A stretch of DNA of 64,000 nt from Octopus sinensis (taxonomy: Eukaryota), in the NCBI RefSeq assembly GCF_006345805.1, contig NC_043010.1, forward strand, positions 54,932,001 through 54,996,000, written 5' to 3'. Each line of letters begins with the position of its first letter. The first letter of the stretch is position 1. The notes below the pieces were generated by a model. That model was not told the origin of the DNA, ran no database searches, and was given only the letters and a program-made list of their open reading frames with translations. Positions 37,400-52,567 of this stretch are shown here, one piece after another. The position numbers and the translations under genes are program-made.

Positions 37400-37990
37400 A
37401 GTAAGATAACGTTTTTAGGCGGAACCGACAAAGATATTAAGACGAGAATAAGTAAGGTAAGGACCGCTTTTCACCTGTTAAAGAAAGTATGGAGCACAAG
37501 TGTAATTTCAATAAAGAACAGAATAAGAATGTGTAATACTAACATAAAAGCAGTATTATTGTATGGGGCTGAGACATGGCGAACAACAGTTAAGTCAAAT
37601 AAGCAAATACAATCATTCATCAACAGATACTTGCATAGTATACTTAAAATTAGATGGCCCAAACACATAAGCAATATGGAGCTCTGGCAAAGAACAAATC
37701 AAGTTTCAATTAGGGAGCAAATATTTAAGAAAAAGTGGAAGTGGATTGGTAGCACAATTAGAAAAGAGACACTGAATGTAGCGAAAAGTGCTTTACATTG
37801 GAAACCGGACGGATATAGAAAGAGAGGTAGGCCTAAGAACTCGTGGCGGAGATCAACAAAAAAGGAACTAGAGAAAGGGGGATATTCATGGCAGAGTATA
37901 AGCACAGAAGCCAAAATTATGCGACATGGAATTCAAGTATAAGTGGCCTATACTCCGCGTTGGAGGGTTAAAGGCATAAAGAAAGAAGAA
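37400..37990 (+). mobile_element. 5'-truncated RTE-clade LINE (RT thumb/C-terminus)
   Basis: DIKTRISKVRTAF...VLLYGAETW...ILKIRWP...WKWIG...GYRKRGRPKNSWRR. Confidence 0.92.
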
Positions 37991-39191
37991 GTATATATGC
38001 ATGTGTGTGTATGTATATATGAATGGATGCATGTATGTGTGCATGTAAGTATACATATATATGTCTCGAAATTAGTGTTTGTATATTTAAATATTTACAT
38101 CTACGCATTGATAATATGGCGAATTTTCTAATGGTTTTCTAAAGGTTATGTATATATATTTTATTTCAAACCTTACTAATGCCTATCATTGTTCCAGTGT
38201 CAAGTAGGAAATATATTTGCTTATAACGCATACACAAGAATGACATAAAAAAGGCTACAATAAGTTTGGAGTGCAGTATGGTCACACGGGTGACGTTCAT
38301 ATGATCAACTACAGTAAAAACCAACACGACCTTTAGGTATATATCTATGCAACGATACAAAATCGTTGAACAAATTAGCAATGTAATACTTGGTTGCAAT
38401 ACTCTTTAGAAGAATCAATAATCACACTATGTAAACATGATAAAATCGCAAGGCCATATAGTATATCATTATATACAATGAACGCGGTAAAATAAGCAAT
38501 CCTTATCTTGAAAATATGATACGCTCCACCCACATAGTCAGCGTTCGTTATTTAAGATGCAGCTGAAACCGATATCCAGTGAGATTTCCTTCTTGCATAT
38601 CTGTCTAAACAACAGAAGATATTTGTCTTTATTATGATAATCTGTACAAACAAAAGAAAACGTATATCAAGTTAGAATTCATCGATTATTTTGCGACGAA
38701 GAATTTCTTTCTGCATACGACAAGATTCTTTTATAAACATTATATGTATTATTAAGGCTTGTGCTTTGCATTAGGGAATGAGTCGTAAATGATATCACAA
38801 AAGTATATCAATATTTATTTACTGCACGTAAATTCGGTATATGTAACTAAAGGGCAAGGCGCAACATTTAACATTGGCGTGATTTATATCGTGTAAGTGA
38901 TTCGGCGGCTTATATTTTCATTGTCATGGAGAAAAGAAGGAGTTAAATAATACACAAGAAAATAAAAACAAAAAACATATTGTGTTCTTTTACATAATTT
39001 CCGGGGTTTCGTCAATGGTCTGCACCAATCACACTTCTCTGTCCTCCTGGGGTTTCATAACCATGTGTAAAACAGTTGTTAAATGAGAGGATATGAAATT
39101 ATAATATGGCCACTAACATCACCACCACACACACACTAACATATAAGTAAATATATATATATATATATGTTTATATATGTGTATATGTATA

Positions 39192-39343
39192 TAGGCGCAC
39201 GAGTGGCTGTGTGGTAAGTAGCTTGCTTACCAACCATATGGTTCCGGGTTCATTTCCACTGCGTGTCACCTTGTGCAAGTGACATCTACTATAGCCTCGA
39301 GCCGACCAAAGATGGAAACTGAAAGAAGCCCTTCGTATATATG

Positions 39344-39380
<37 letters not shown>

Positions 39381-39460
39381 CTGTGTTTGTTTGTGTGTAT
39401 GTGTTTGTCCCCCTAACATTGTTTGACAACCGATGCTGGTGTGTTTACGTCCCCGTAACT
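39192..39460 (+). mobile_element. SINE family B, 3'-truncated with internal deletion
   Basis: Head TAGGCGCACGAGTGGCTGTGTGG. Confidence 0.85.
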
Positions 39461-40956
39461 TTCACCTGTTTGTATTTAAGCATATCGAAGTAAAGGTTCA
39501 ATGAAGTTGTCAAGATGTTGCTGCAGGATATACTATAAAGAGGTACTCAACCTGTTCCAACTCGAATACTATCGTTTTTGAAAGAAGACAACATTGAATT
39601 GGGTTAAAACAAGTAAGCAAATCCTTAAAATAAAATATCATCACCTCTGTATTAAATAATAGTAAAAGAAACTAAATATTCATTCCTTATACCGCCATAA
39701 CATTTTATACTTTCCTCTCCGTATAATTGCGTATTTCTTTTTCAGAAATACAAATACATTAATGTCAATATTTTAATGATTACAGCAATTAATTTCCACT
39801 AATTTATTTTATATTCAGATATTATAAATCATTCTTTAATCTGAATGAAACCGCGCCTGTTGCTTAATTAAGGATAAATCATCAATGTCGTTTTAATTGT
39901 CTTTAATTTTCTTCTGTAATTACTTCATGCCGTTTTTCTGATATTTGTTAATTCTGATCAACTTCGAAATAAGTGCATTAGAAACAGTTTTGCACATTCA
40001 TTTAATTTGTGATATCAGTCATCATATCCCATTATAATTATATTCTTATCTATGAATGTTGCGATTATGTATTGGAATCCATAATTAAGACACAACCAAA
40101 CACATATACGTGCATTCCTAGATGATCGTGAAAAGAAAAATGCACAGGCTTATGTGTTAGCAATTGTACATTCAAACATGATTAAGGTGTATGAAAATGC
40201 GAACTCGTCGAAAATTTTAAAGCCTTTTATTAGTGTATAAAAGTATAAACATATACACGCCCGTGCACATGCGGTCTCACTCACGCATTTATATAGTTAC
40301 ATATGCATACACATACAAACATGCATTAAAGAGGCACACACACTAACACCTACTCATAATTGCATATATGAATTTAAGAAAAAATATCGAACAGAAGAAC
40401 AAAATTTCAGGAATATACAAATAATTTTCGTGAGTTTGCGAAACTCGGAGAATGTAAGTTGAAAACGAATTATAGCTTTCATTGTAAACAATTGTTGTGC
40501 TTCGAAAATATTACCTTATAACTTGTTCTTTATGAGAAAAGCTGAGTATTAAGGATTGAATAATTATCAGTAAATGCCTCGCTGAAATTTATTCCGTTAT
40601 ATCACCTCCGCATTGACAAATAGTTCGATAACTTGAAGAAATTCCTATCGAGACCTGGATTAAGCACTACTTCATGAAACGTAATTTTTTTCGTGGTGGG
40701 ATATTTCAACCCAAAGACAAATAAAAATAGAACAGTATAGAAAGAGATATGGAAAATTGGCAGGGGATTAAAAAAAACATCTTTTATTGACGGATGATAA
40801 TTTGAACATAAGAGAAACGTTATATCAAATGCAGACATTTTATAGCCTATGGGGTCTGTAAAGGTATACCTAACGAATAATTACATTCAAATTTCTAAGT
40901 AACGCGGCAGCCAGCCTGATGAGAAATGTCTTTATGTGGTAGGTTTCTTCGAATAG

Positions 40957-41053
40957 GTTACTCTGCGTGGCCCCTTGGCACAATGTCTTCTGCTATAGCG
41001 TCGGCCACACCAAAAGGTTTGTGAGTGGAATTGATAAACGGAAACTAAAAGAA
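40957..41053 (+). mobile_element. SINE family B fragment
   Basis: CTGCGTGGCCCCTTGGCACAATGTCTTCTGCTATAGC. Confidence 0.65.
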
Positions 41054-41059
41054 GTCAGA

Positions 41060-41510
41060 AGACCCTATTGCCAGACATAGATCTTCCAGCAGCCACCCAC
41101 TTGAACCAGGACAGCGCTAATTCCTCAAAGCACTTGATGTGGGCATCCGAGTCGATTTAAGGCTGTGCGGGGAGACGAATGGAGGCATAACGTCGCCATC
41201 ACTACTGATAAATCTGACTGGATGTTTGATTTTTATCACTCTAGGTACATGTTCTCAGATTGCAGTGTCCTCAGTCCGACACCCAAATACTCTGAAATGT
41301 TGGTTTTGGAGTTACTTGTGAGAATGCCAAGCAGTACAACATGTCGTTTCCCATTTTCTGGCAGAGTGAATTGCGACATAGTGTTATGTTTCTCACAGTT
41401 GGTGCCCAACTGACCCTACTATTCTATCTAGTCCAGAAAATCAAACACAAAATGCGCCTGCGCGAAATTAGAATGTTATAAAATGGTGACAATTTACCCT
41501 TCGCACCCTG
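41060..41510 (-). mobile_element. Tc1/mariner-superfamily transposon fragment (5' TIR, transposase start, deleted middle, part of the catalytic domain)
   Basis: TA|CAGGGTGCGAAGGGTAAATTGTCACC terminus; MSQFTLPENGKRHVVLLG; KHPVRFISSDGDVMPPF; IKCFEELALSWFKWVAAG. Confidence 0.8.
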
Positions 41511-41645
41511 TATATATGTGTGTGTGTGTGAGTCTGTTCGTGTATGCGTGCGCGACTGTAATTTTGTGTGTGTATGTGTGTGGGTGATTGTGTGTAAGTG
41601 TGTACTGAATAGCAAAGAGAGAGGCCGTCTTTTCATCTGATTGGT

Positions 41646-42661
41646 CATTAGTAAATTACTTAACGAGTTGAGAAATAAATGGAAATTGAAACGCCTGCGA
41701 TTTTAATGGCAAAAATGACCCTTCGATAATCGAAGATTAACTGTCTCAACATTTGATTTCATATCACGAATTTTGCAAATTCTTACGAGAGAACGTGGGA
41801 GAGTAAGCCTTAGAATGCGCTTGAAGGAGAGGCGGAACGTTAAGGATATAGAGAATCTGAAATACATTTAACGTTATAAAATCCCCTTAGTAAACGATAT
41901 GTAAAAAATATAAATGAGATGTGTATGGATTTCGTCTCCGATCTTTGCTACCATAATAAACCAAAACGTTTCTGTGCATAATGTGTAAACATTTCTTCTA
42001 TTATCGCTACTTTACAACTATTAGTTTGTGAATATTTCTTTAATTATTTTAATTTTTGATTATTTTAGAATAATTTCCAAAATGTCTGGTTAAAAATTGG
42101 AAACGGTTTTCAAGAAAAATATTACAAATATTTTGATACTCGGATACACATGATCACATAGTTTATTTTATTTCTTGCAAAGGATATTTAGGCCATAAGA
42201 AACGCACGGGCTGTGTCTAATTGTATTTTACACTTTATTATCAGTCACCTAGTTAACATATTAGCTTTGTAACAAATAGATTACTTTATTATTAACGTCA
42301 GAGTAATCAATCCCTCAATCAGCAGACTTGTTAAAGTAATTATGTAACGCCCCATCACCTGATTAATGATTTGGCGTTTTTGACAGAAATAGGGTGAGAA
42401 TTAGGTAACTCGGGTATCTATTGATGAAGAGGAGAATACAAAAGAGAAAAGCTGATTATTTAGATGATATATATAAAGATTAGTCAAACAAAGATTAATC
42501 GAATAAAATCTGTTCAATAGATCATTAACAAATTACTTAACTAGCTGAGAAATAAGTGGAAATTGAAATACAATAGAACCGGTGTCTGTGCTTTTTATTT
42601 GCAAAAGTGATCCTCCCATATTCGAAGATTAACTGTGGCAACGTTTGATTTCATATCATGA
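41646..42661 (+). repeat. Diverged direct repeat pair (~125-140 bp): 41646-41769 and 42523-42661
   Basis: AAATTACTTAAC.AG.TGAGAAATAA.TGGAAATTGAAA and CGAAGATTAACTGT..CAAC.TTTGATTTCATATCA shared. Confidence 0.85.
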
Positions 42662-42700
42662 GCCATGCAGATACATTATGCATATGATAAAATTACACAC

Positions 42701-42793
<93 letters not shown>

Positions 42794-43082
42794 CATATAT
42801 ACATATACATATATGCATATATACGTACTCGCACACACAAACATATCCACATAGATTATTGCCATTCTAGCAAGTAAGCTATACATGACCTTATTTACTT
42901 CGTAGAAACTGCAGCCAAATTCTCTGAATTAATTGGTATGTTTCGAAGATAAGTGAGCCTGATATTATGTTTGCACATCTTTGCTGTATAATTATCAGTC
43001 GATTATCTACCAGATAACATACAAACTAGCAATCAGAGCAACCAGCACAAAAGAACACCAAAGGATTTATGAACTGATTATA

Positions 43083-43102
43083 TGATGATGATGATGATGA
43101 TG

Positions 43103-43165
<63 letters not shown>

Positions 43166-43335
43166 TGATAATAATAATAATAATAAGAAGAATAAGAATA
43201 ATAATAATAATAATAATAATATTAATAATAATGATGATAATAATAATAATAATAATAATAATATTAATAATAATGATGATAATAATAATAATAATATAAT
43301 AATAATAATATAATAATAATAATAATAATAATAAT
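43083..43335. repeat. (GAT)n/(AAT)n microsatellite; second pure (AAT)n at 43601-43675
   Basis: Visible. Confidence 0.95.
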
Positions 43336-43600
43336 TGTAATTGTAATGATTGCGATAAATTGTACGTTATTGACAATCATTTTAACAGTGCAGTATATAA
43401 TGGTGTTCTCTAACAGAGCCAAAGGGCGACGATATTTAGTAAAGAGATGTATTTCATCTTCATTTATCACTGAAACATGGAACGAAGTAAAACTGCCGGA
43501 CTGAATGCAAAGGAATTTGAATGCCATCCAGAAGGGAACGAAGCGTTGTGCATCTCGGCATTTTGACAAACAATATGCCAACGTTTATAATGCCTCATGC

Positions 43601-43675
<75 letters not shown>

Positions 43676-44223
43676 TGCTACCTAACTCAAATACCAGGGA
43701 ACCCCAAAATGGCAGAAGATAGTGCTCATGGGAGCTGCTCATATCCTACGCAAAATACTCTCTATGTAATCCCAAGGTTTAAAACAAACTTTTTTTTAAT
43801 CTATGTATTAGATATTCCCTAGTACAACACCAACCCCCCCCCCCACATATATGGCACACTAGGCATAGCAACAACGTGAACTTCCAACCTGTTGTCTCTT
43901 GAGGTCTCTGGGTGAGACTTGGAGCCAACTTGTACAGGCATAAAGCAAAAGTCAAACATAGAATAATAATAATAATAATCATATGCAAATAGGCCAGGCA
44001 TTATATTGAAACACTTTAGACAAAAATCATGCCTCCTCATTGATATGACCGTCCCAATAGATATAAATGTACCTGACAAGACATAACAAAAACTGAAAGT
44101 TATAAAGATCTAGAGATAGAAATCGGTAAAATGTGGAAACTGAAGACTAAAACAATACCTATCTTAGGTGCCCTAAGAATGATAGCAAAAGGGGCTGCTT
44201 GCTACCTAGCTCTGATACCAGGC
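43676..44223 (+). mobile_element. Dong/R4-clade (RLE-type) LINE 3' fragments in (AAT)n
   Basis: CYLTQIPGNPKMAE..IVLMGAAHILRKILSM*, 3' UTR and AAT tail; then NRPGIILK...LLIDMTVP...YKDLEIEIGKMWKLKTKTIPILGALRMIAKG. Confidence 0.85.
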
Positions 44224-44335
44224 TCGGTTCTATTATTTAGGATTTAATTTTAGAAAAGGAAATATATGTGTGTCTTATCGAGAAATTGAGAAAAACCCTC
44301 TTAATAACAAAATATAACTCCAATAAATTGCTAGT

Positions 44336-44372
<37 letters not shown>

Positions 44373-44417
44373 ATGATACATCTCAGAGCGTGTTATAAAC
44401 AGTAGCGGTAATACATC

Positions 44418-44536
44418 GTGATGCACATATGCCATTTGTCTATGGCCAGCTGGAGGAGATATCTTCCTGGGGCTACATACTACACTATCATCCACCCTTA
44501 TGGGTTAGCCATATTCAAATGGCATATGTGCATCAC
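44418..44536. mobile_element. 119-bp MITE-like fold-back with perfect 21-bp terminal inverted repeat
   Basis: GTGATGCACATATGCCATTTG / CAAATGGCATATGTGCATCAC, plus inner TATGGC/GCCATA. Confidence 0.6.
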
Positions 44537-45539
44537 TATATATATATATATACATATATATTTATATTTATAATTATATATACATAAACATTTGTATATA
44601 TGGAGAGATAAATATATATAAATATGTCTATATTGTGTATGTTTGTGTGTATAAATATGTATATTTATATATATATATACATACATATATATATATATAC
44701 ACACATATATATATATGAATGTAAGCTCGAAATGGTGGCTGAGTATGGATAGGTTCCTTCAGTAGACATAAGTTGTTGAGGATAATGTCAAGATTTCGTG
44801 TGTCTGTGCAAAGCTCGGTTATTTTGCGCGTAAATCAATTAAGCAGCTTACCTATCTGACACTCATTCGCAGAATTGGTAGGAATATTCTGAGATATATA
44901 TTCAAATACTTTGAAACGACATATTCAGTAAAACTCCGAAACGGCTATCATTTCGTGAAACTATGTAATTATATTTATTTCGTATATTCAGTAATTTATC
45001 CCGTTAATCTTGTTTTGTACATAATTAAATTCGCACACGTACAAACGCAAATAGACACATACCCGTATATACTTATATGCACAAACACGACTCAGTTACT
45101 GGCGTAGATATTCATATATTTATCTATCTATCTATATATCTATCTCTATAAACATGTATGTGTGTATGTATGTATATATATATATATATATATATAGTTG
45201 TTCATATGAAAAACTTTAAAGAAGTAGTTGATAATGGTTTTTGAATGAATGTAGTAAAACTTGTGCGTGCGCATGTGTTTCCGTGTATACGTGTGAGAGT
45301 TGTTACACTGTCTTGAATTCAGTATAATAATTATATAAGTATACGGAAATATATCACTTAATAATACTAGTAGAGGGAGGGCTTAACGCGACGATAAATA
45401 AAAGGATAATTGACAGATTTAGGTATTTAATTCGTCACATATGCTAAGACTCAGTGTGAGTAACAGGAGCGCTTATACTTGAGTGTATGCGATCATAAGT
45501 AGGACGAAAGAATAGTCATTTATTATAACTATATATATG

Positions 45540-45891
45540 TATATGTGCGTGTGTGTGTGTGTGTGTGTGTGTTGTCTGTGTGTGTATACGGGGTGCTGTG
45601 TGTGTCAGTATGTATGAGTCTATGTGTTTGAATATGTGATTATAATATGTGCAATATAATAATATAACATACTGTCATATGATATACTACAATATGAACA
45701 TATATATACATATATATGTGTGTGTGTATATATACACAGATGTCTCAGCAAACACACATACATACATACACACATATATATATATATATATGTATATATG
45801 TATATATATATATATATGTGTGTGTATGTGTGTATATATATATATATGTATGTACATGCATACACATATATATATATATGTATATATGTAC

Positions 45892-45927
<36 letters not shown>

Positions 45928-45934
45928 ATATATA

Positions 45935-45970
<36 letters not shown>

Positions 45971-46625
45971 TGTATGTATGTATGTATGTATGTGTGTATG
46001 TATGTATGTATGGTTATTTGATTACAGGTGGGCGTGAGTATATCTATGTGTAAAATTCATAGCGCTCGACAATACATATTTCATTTGAAACAGATAGTTT
46101 AACACCGGACTATTAACATTTCAGGAAAAACAGCATCGCTTTTGTGGCGTGGATGTCGATGACGTATTGCATTGTTGATATATAATGTGCAATAAGTTCA
46201 GCGATTTCAAATATATATTGGAAAATTTCTCTTCTACTGTTACAATTATTGTATTGTCTAAATGGCTGTTACAGTTAGTTTCATGAGTTTTTGCAAACGA
46301 TAATGGGAAACGGTACATTATTTTCAATAATTTAACGTGAATAGAAATATATGTGCTCATTGAAACGCAGTTCGTAAACTCACAGGCAATAAAAAAACCA
46401 AAAGATGGGTACGGTGGGTAAATGATTAATATAGATAGATATATAGGTATATATGGAAGTTTGCTTGTATGCTTACTACATAGCTGTATTCATTAAACAG
46501 GTACTTTTTATATCTATCTATGTATCTCTAAATATATCTACTTATATCTATGTATCTATGTATCTATGTACGTATGTATTATGTATGTATGTATGTATGT
46601 ATGTATGTATATATGTATGTATATA

Positions 46626-46679
<54 letters not shown>

Positions 46680-46703
46680 AGATATATAGATGTATATCTA
46701 TAT

Positions 46704-46779
<76 letters not shown>

Positions 46780-46901
46780 TTATATATATATATAGGTAGA
46801 TAGATATATAGATATATTTTCTATATCCCTCTATAGATATGTAGCTCCTTCTCTCCTCTCTCTCAATCTCTCTCTATATATATATTATATATACGTAAAT
46901 G

Positions 46902-46933
<32 letters not shown>

Positions 46934-46940
46934 ATATATA

Positions 46941-46994
<54 letters not shown>

Positions 46995-47050
46995 ACATAC
47001 TTATATACTTATATAGACATATATGCATGAGTGTGTGTGTGTGTCTGTGT
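45540..47050. repeat. Two large TA/TG/ATGT microsatellite fields (45540-46010, 46500-47050)
   Basis: Visible. Confidence 0.9.
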
Positions 47051-47741
47051 ATGCGTGAATGGCCGTCTATATTAGTTCTTCAAGAGACATAGAAAACAAT
47101 CTTATGTACGCACATATTTATTATTTGCTAAGTGAACCTGACTTTATTACCTGTGAGATTATGAACAGTCTACCAGCAGATGAATATATTTCTTCTAATT
47201 ATGTAAATTATGTGTGTAAGCTACTTTATTGCTTGTATAAATATTTGCATGTATGTATGTGTGTATGTGTGCATGTATGTATATATATATATGTATGAAT
47301 GAATCTATATGTGTATGAATCTATGTATGTATGTACATGTATATATGTATACATTTGTATAAATATGTACGTGTGTATAAATATGTACGTGTGTATCTCT
47401 ATTCGTATCTATATGCATCTATATCTATATCTATTTTTCTATCTACCTACCCCTCTATCAATCTATGTATCTATCTATCTATCTATCTACCTATCAATCG
47501 GTTTGCCTGTCTGCTGTCTGTTTGACTGTTAGTCTGTCTGCCTGCCACCATGTTTACCTGTCTCTCTACCTATCTAATTATATAGATATATATCCGTACA
47601 ATGGGCATGAGGTAGAATGAGAACAATAATAAGCGAGTGAAGAACGAATATATAGACCGCGTGTTTATTTGGAAATAGAAAATGACCGTCCCGAAATACA
47701 TATATATATATATGTCGTTGTGTATTTATATGTATGTATAC

Positions 47742-47779
<38 letters not shown>

Positions 47780-47781
47780 CT

Positions 47782-47880
47782 ATATATAGGGAGAATTCAC
47801 AAAAAAACAACAAAAGACAAACACAGGTGGTATAGACAAAAACTGTTGTTTTAGTATAAAGCTCGGGAGGTGGAAAGTCG
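47782..47880 (-). mobile_element. Truncated copy of the 21390 PLE-end-like family
   Basis: TATATATAGGGAGAATTCAC...GCTCGGGAGGTGGAAAGTC resembles the reverse complement of 21490-21590. Confidence 0.55.
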
Positions 47881-48022
47881 TTTATATATAGAGATAAATC
47901 AATTAATTATCATATGTTTTAATTACAGAAGTAGACATAATCCCTGGCGGGTGTTTCGATTCGGACTTTAAAGAATTTAATTAAAGTAAAAATTAAATCA
48001 TTATAGAATATGTGTATGTATA

Positions 48023-48700
<678 letters not shown>

Positions 48701-48914
48701 CGTGTATGCGATTGCGTGTGCGTATGTATGTGAGTACGTTTCAGTGTGAATATGAGCGTATATATATGTGTGCGTGTGCGTGTATGTGTATGTGTGCGTC
48801 CGTCCGTGTGTATGTACTCTCTTTTATAAGACGCAAGCACGATCGAGTGTTTACGAAGTCCACTTCGTAATTAGTTGCTCCCGTGTCCTCTCCTACATTA
48901 AACGTGTATTATGT

Positions 48915-49229
48915 AACATGTTGAGAACTCCTTCGGTCATGACTCACCGTGGGATTACACCTAGAAAGTTACCCTCCCAGGCACAAGTCCGGGCTAGGTT
49001 GTTTATGGAAAACTAGCAGTCGCCCTTACATAACGGCCTCCACTCTCCACGCCACCAGTGTTGTCCAACTGTGATGTCGCAACTCATTTCTACAGCTGAG
49101 TGAACTGGAGCAATGTTAAATAAAGTGTGTTGCTCAAGAACACAACACACAGCCCGTTCCGGGATTCGAGCTCACAACCTCACGATCGTAAGCTCGACAT
49201 TCTAACCACTGAGCCATGCGCTTTCACAT
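48915..49229 (-). mobile_element. tRNA-derived CORE-like SINE (family C)
   Basis: Minus strand GCGCATGGCTCAGTGGTTAGAATG...GCTCGAATCCCGG, TTCTTGAGCAACACACTTTA, CTCCAGTTCACTCAGCTGTAGAAATGAG. Confidence 0.8.
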
Positions 49230-49878
49230 ATAACGTGTACACAAAATGCTATATGGAAACATGTCTCAACGCTTCTTTGTATATTGCTAACTTTCTATAT
49301 ATATATTGAATATTAACCTCATGAGTTGACCCGAACAAACTACGTATGTACTAGTGTACGAAATTCCACATATACATAATAATTATTCCCTCTACTGCAT
49401 GTCATCATATCCCTTGATAAAATCCCGACCAAACATAACCTTGTCCAAGATATTCAAACAATGACATTTCGGTCATTATATATGTGTATCTAGCCCCACA
49501 TTATTTAAGGTTTCCTTTTTTTGTGATAATAGGGGACAGGTTGAGGGAAATATAATTTGCCTTAATGCATGATTATATAATATATTCTTACGCTCAGCGT
49601 GTTATATATGAGATTATAAATGGAGTTTTGTTTAACATATTCAAAAATACGTTAGCTTAGTGGTTATAGATCAAGGCAGTGGATGTTAAGTTCTAGGAAT
49701 GGATTAACAGACCGGTATGTGCTGGCTCAGGCCTTTGAAGAATCAGTCGTACTACCAAGACACATTGACGCAAGCAGAGAGGAACATAAAATGATATGCG
49801 TTGAACTCTCTCATATCCGGCACTATTGAGATAGAATTTACCGGATATCTGGCCCTCGCTTCTTAAATTGTCATAGCA

Positions 49879-50320
49879 TCTTATTCTTACTTTTAGTCTT
49901 ACTTATTTCAGTCATTTGGCTGTGGACATGTTGGAGCACCGCCTTTAGTCGCACAAATCGACTCCAGGACTTATTGTTTGTAAGCCTAGTACTTATTCGA
50001 TCGGTCTCTTTTGCCGAACCGCTAATTTATGGGGACGTAAACACAGCAGCATAGGTTGTCAATCAATGTTGGTGGGGGGAAAACACAGAGACACAAACAT
50101 ACACACATACTTATATATATATATATACATATATACGATGGGCTTCTTTCAGTTTCCATCAAACAAATCCACTCGTAAGTCTTTGGTCGGCCCGAAGCTA
50201 TAGTAGAAGACACTTGCCAAAAGTGTCCCGCAATGGGACTGAACCCGGAACTATGTGGTTCGTAAGCACGCTACTTACCACACAGCCACACCTACGTCTA
50301 TACTTACCACACAGCCACCC
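49879..50320 (-). mobile_element. SINE family B with a short duplicated head
   Basis: TACTTACCACACAGCCAC occurs twice at the head. Confidence 0.9.
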
Positions 50321-51668
50321 GTGTCTTTACACATCAATATTGTCGTTAAAAATACTCGGGAGGACTTGATCCCCTAAACATTCTAGGTGGTGCCCCAGCA
50401 GGACCACGGTCCTCTGATTAAAAGCTGTAAAATATAAGAGTGCACAAGATATATAAGCCATAACAGCATCTATGAATGCTAAATCACTTTTTTAATTATG
50501 TGTCATTTTTATTAGTTTTGCCAAAAAAGTTTTGCATACTTAATTATCATTGAAATTTACATAATTATTAATTATTCATTTTAACTACAAATTAATCAGT
50601 AGATGGTAGCGCATATATGCTATAACTATTTTCTTTTATTCTTTTATTTATGTATTGGTTAAGTTTCCTGTGATTTTCATAGTTAATTACCATGGCCTTC
50701 TACATAACTAATTCACTAATTAACTACACTAACACTATAGATTTCTTCATTAGTAGTCATAAACCACTGAAATTAGACACGCGATACGGCATACGTCGGA
50801 CTGAATTTGGCCCTATAAATATTAAAATCTGTTTTTTCAGTTACGAGAATTTTCGTCTGATTATGTTAGAAATAGAATATAATGCCGTCAAAAGACTCTA
50901 GTCTCTATAAAATTAAGAGAACCTCCTTTGGATTAATATACCTAGAAAGAACAATCAAAATACCCGTTCAACTACTAAGTGTTCTATTTGAAATGAGGCA
51001 TCACTAATGTAGCGTTTTTAGGCACAAAATTAACAATATGTATGAGTGAGTTTAAATCGATTGACTCAACCCAGTGCAAGGCACTTTCTTTATTTTATCG
51101 AACCTGGATAGAAGCAAGACTAAGATAATCACAACATGATTTGCAATCTGAAATTGGATAGACGAAATGAATCCCAAAAGGTATCAAATTTACGATATTC
51201 TTATAGATTCAAACTGTCTCAAATTTCGAAACAAAGGATGTCATAGTTTATAAAAAGCATTGATGATTATATGTTTCTTTGCTCAGAATTCATAGATGGT
51301 CGATCGCGTCTGACCATGTACAGGCAAATCCCTGTGTAATTGTGAGAAAGATTATTTTTGATCAAGCTTCGATATTTTCTTTGGAAGTATCACCTTTCTA
51401 TAATATGTATGTTTATTCAAAAGAAGAGCCGGCGACACGGTTTGTTTTAAGTGTTGCCGATGGCGTTGCTCTTAAACGTCATATTTCTGAAGCATGCAAG
51501 AGAACACATTTTGCTTGCCTCACAATCTGTTCCGTCAATCATCCACACTGAACTGGAAATATTTTTATCGATGCGGAAACGTTGAAATGCACAGTTGATT
51601 TCGGTGAGATTTGAACTCAGAGACAGAATGACAGGACATACACCGAAAGCAAATCTATTCACCTGGCT

Positions 51669-51881
51669 CTCTTTTACTCTTTACTCTTTTACTTGTTTCA
51701 GTGATTTGACTGCAGCCATGCTGGAGCACCGCCTTTAGTCGAGCAAATCGACCCCGGGACTTATTCTTTGTAAGCCCAGTACTTATTCTATCGGTCTCTT
51801 TTGCCGAACCGCTAAGTGACGGGGATGTAAACACACCAGCATCGGTTGTCAAGCAATGCTAGGGGGACAAACACAGACACA

Positions 51882-51949
<68 letters not shown>

Positions 51950-51961
51950 CATATATACGAC
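51669..51961 (-). mobile_element. SINE family B, 3' half only
   Basis: Near-consensus tail; stops at the internal microsatellite. Confidence 0.88.
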
Positions 51962-52429
51962 ATATTGCTAACGAATATGCTATTTCGATTGTTTTTTTCA
52001 CACTATACAAATTAACTATAACAACAACGTATTCCACGCTTATAGTTATAGGCGTATTCTCTTATATTCTCTTATATGTGTATTCTATTATATTCTCTTA
52101 TATTTGGTTCATGTAATATGTGCATCACATGTACCTATCTGATAAGGTACATTAACTAAAGAACGACGTATGAACAGTACACTTATCATTATTAATAGCA
52201 TTGTTAGAATCCAGGTCCTCTCGGATTATGTGCATATGTGACAAAATCTCTTTTACTGAATTATCTAAGGCAACATTCGTTCGAATCCTAATGCCGTGAC
52301 TTCAGTTAATCATATATTTTTTAAAATTAGTCACAAATCCATATCATATGTATGAAACCTCACCATAGGCAGGTAAATTCAAAACTCTTGTGCGTTTTTA
52401 CATATTTTTGTTTCTTATATATATATACA

Positions 52430-52494
52430 TACATGCACATGGTTACATATATATATATATATATACATACATCATACATACATACATACATGCT

Positions 52495-52567
<73 letters not shown>

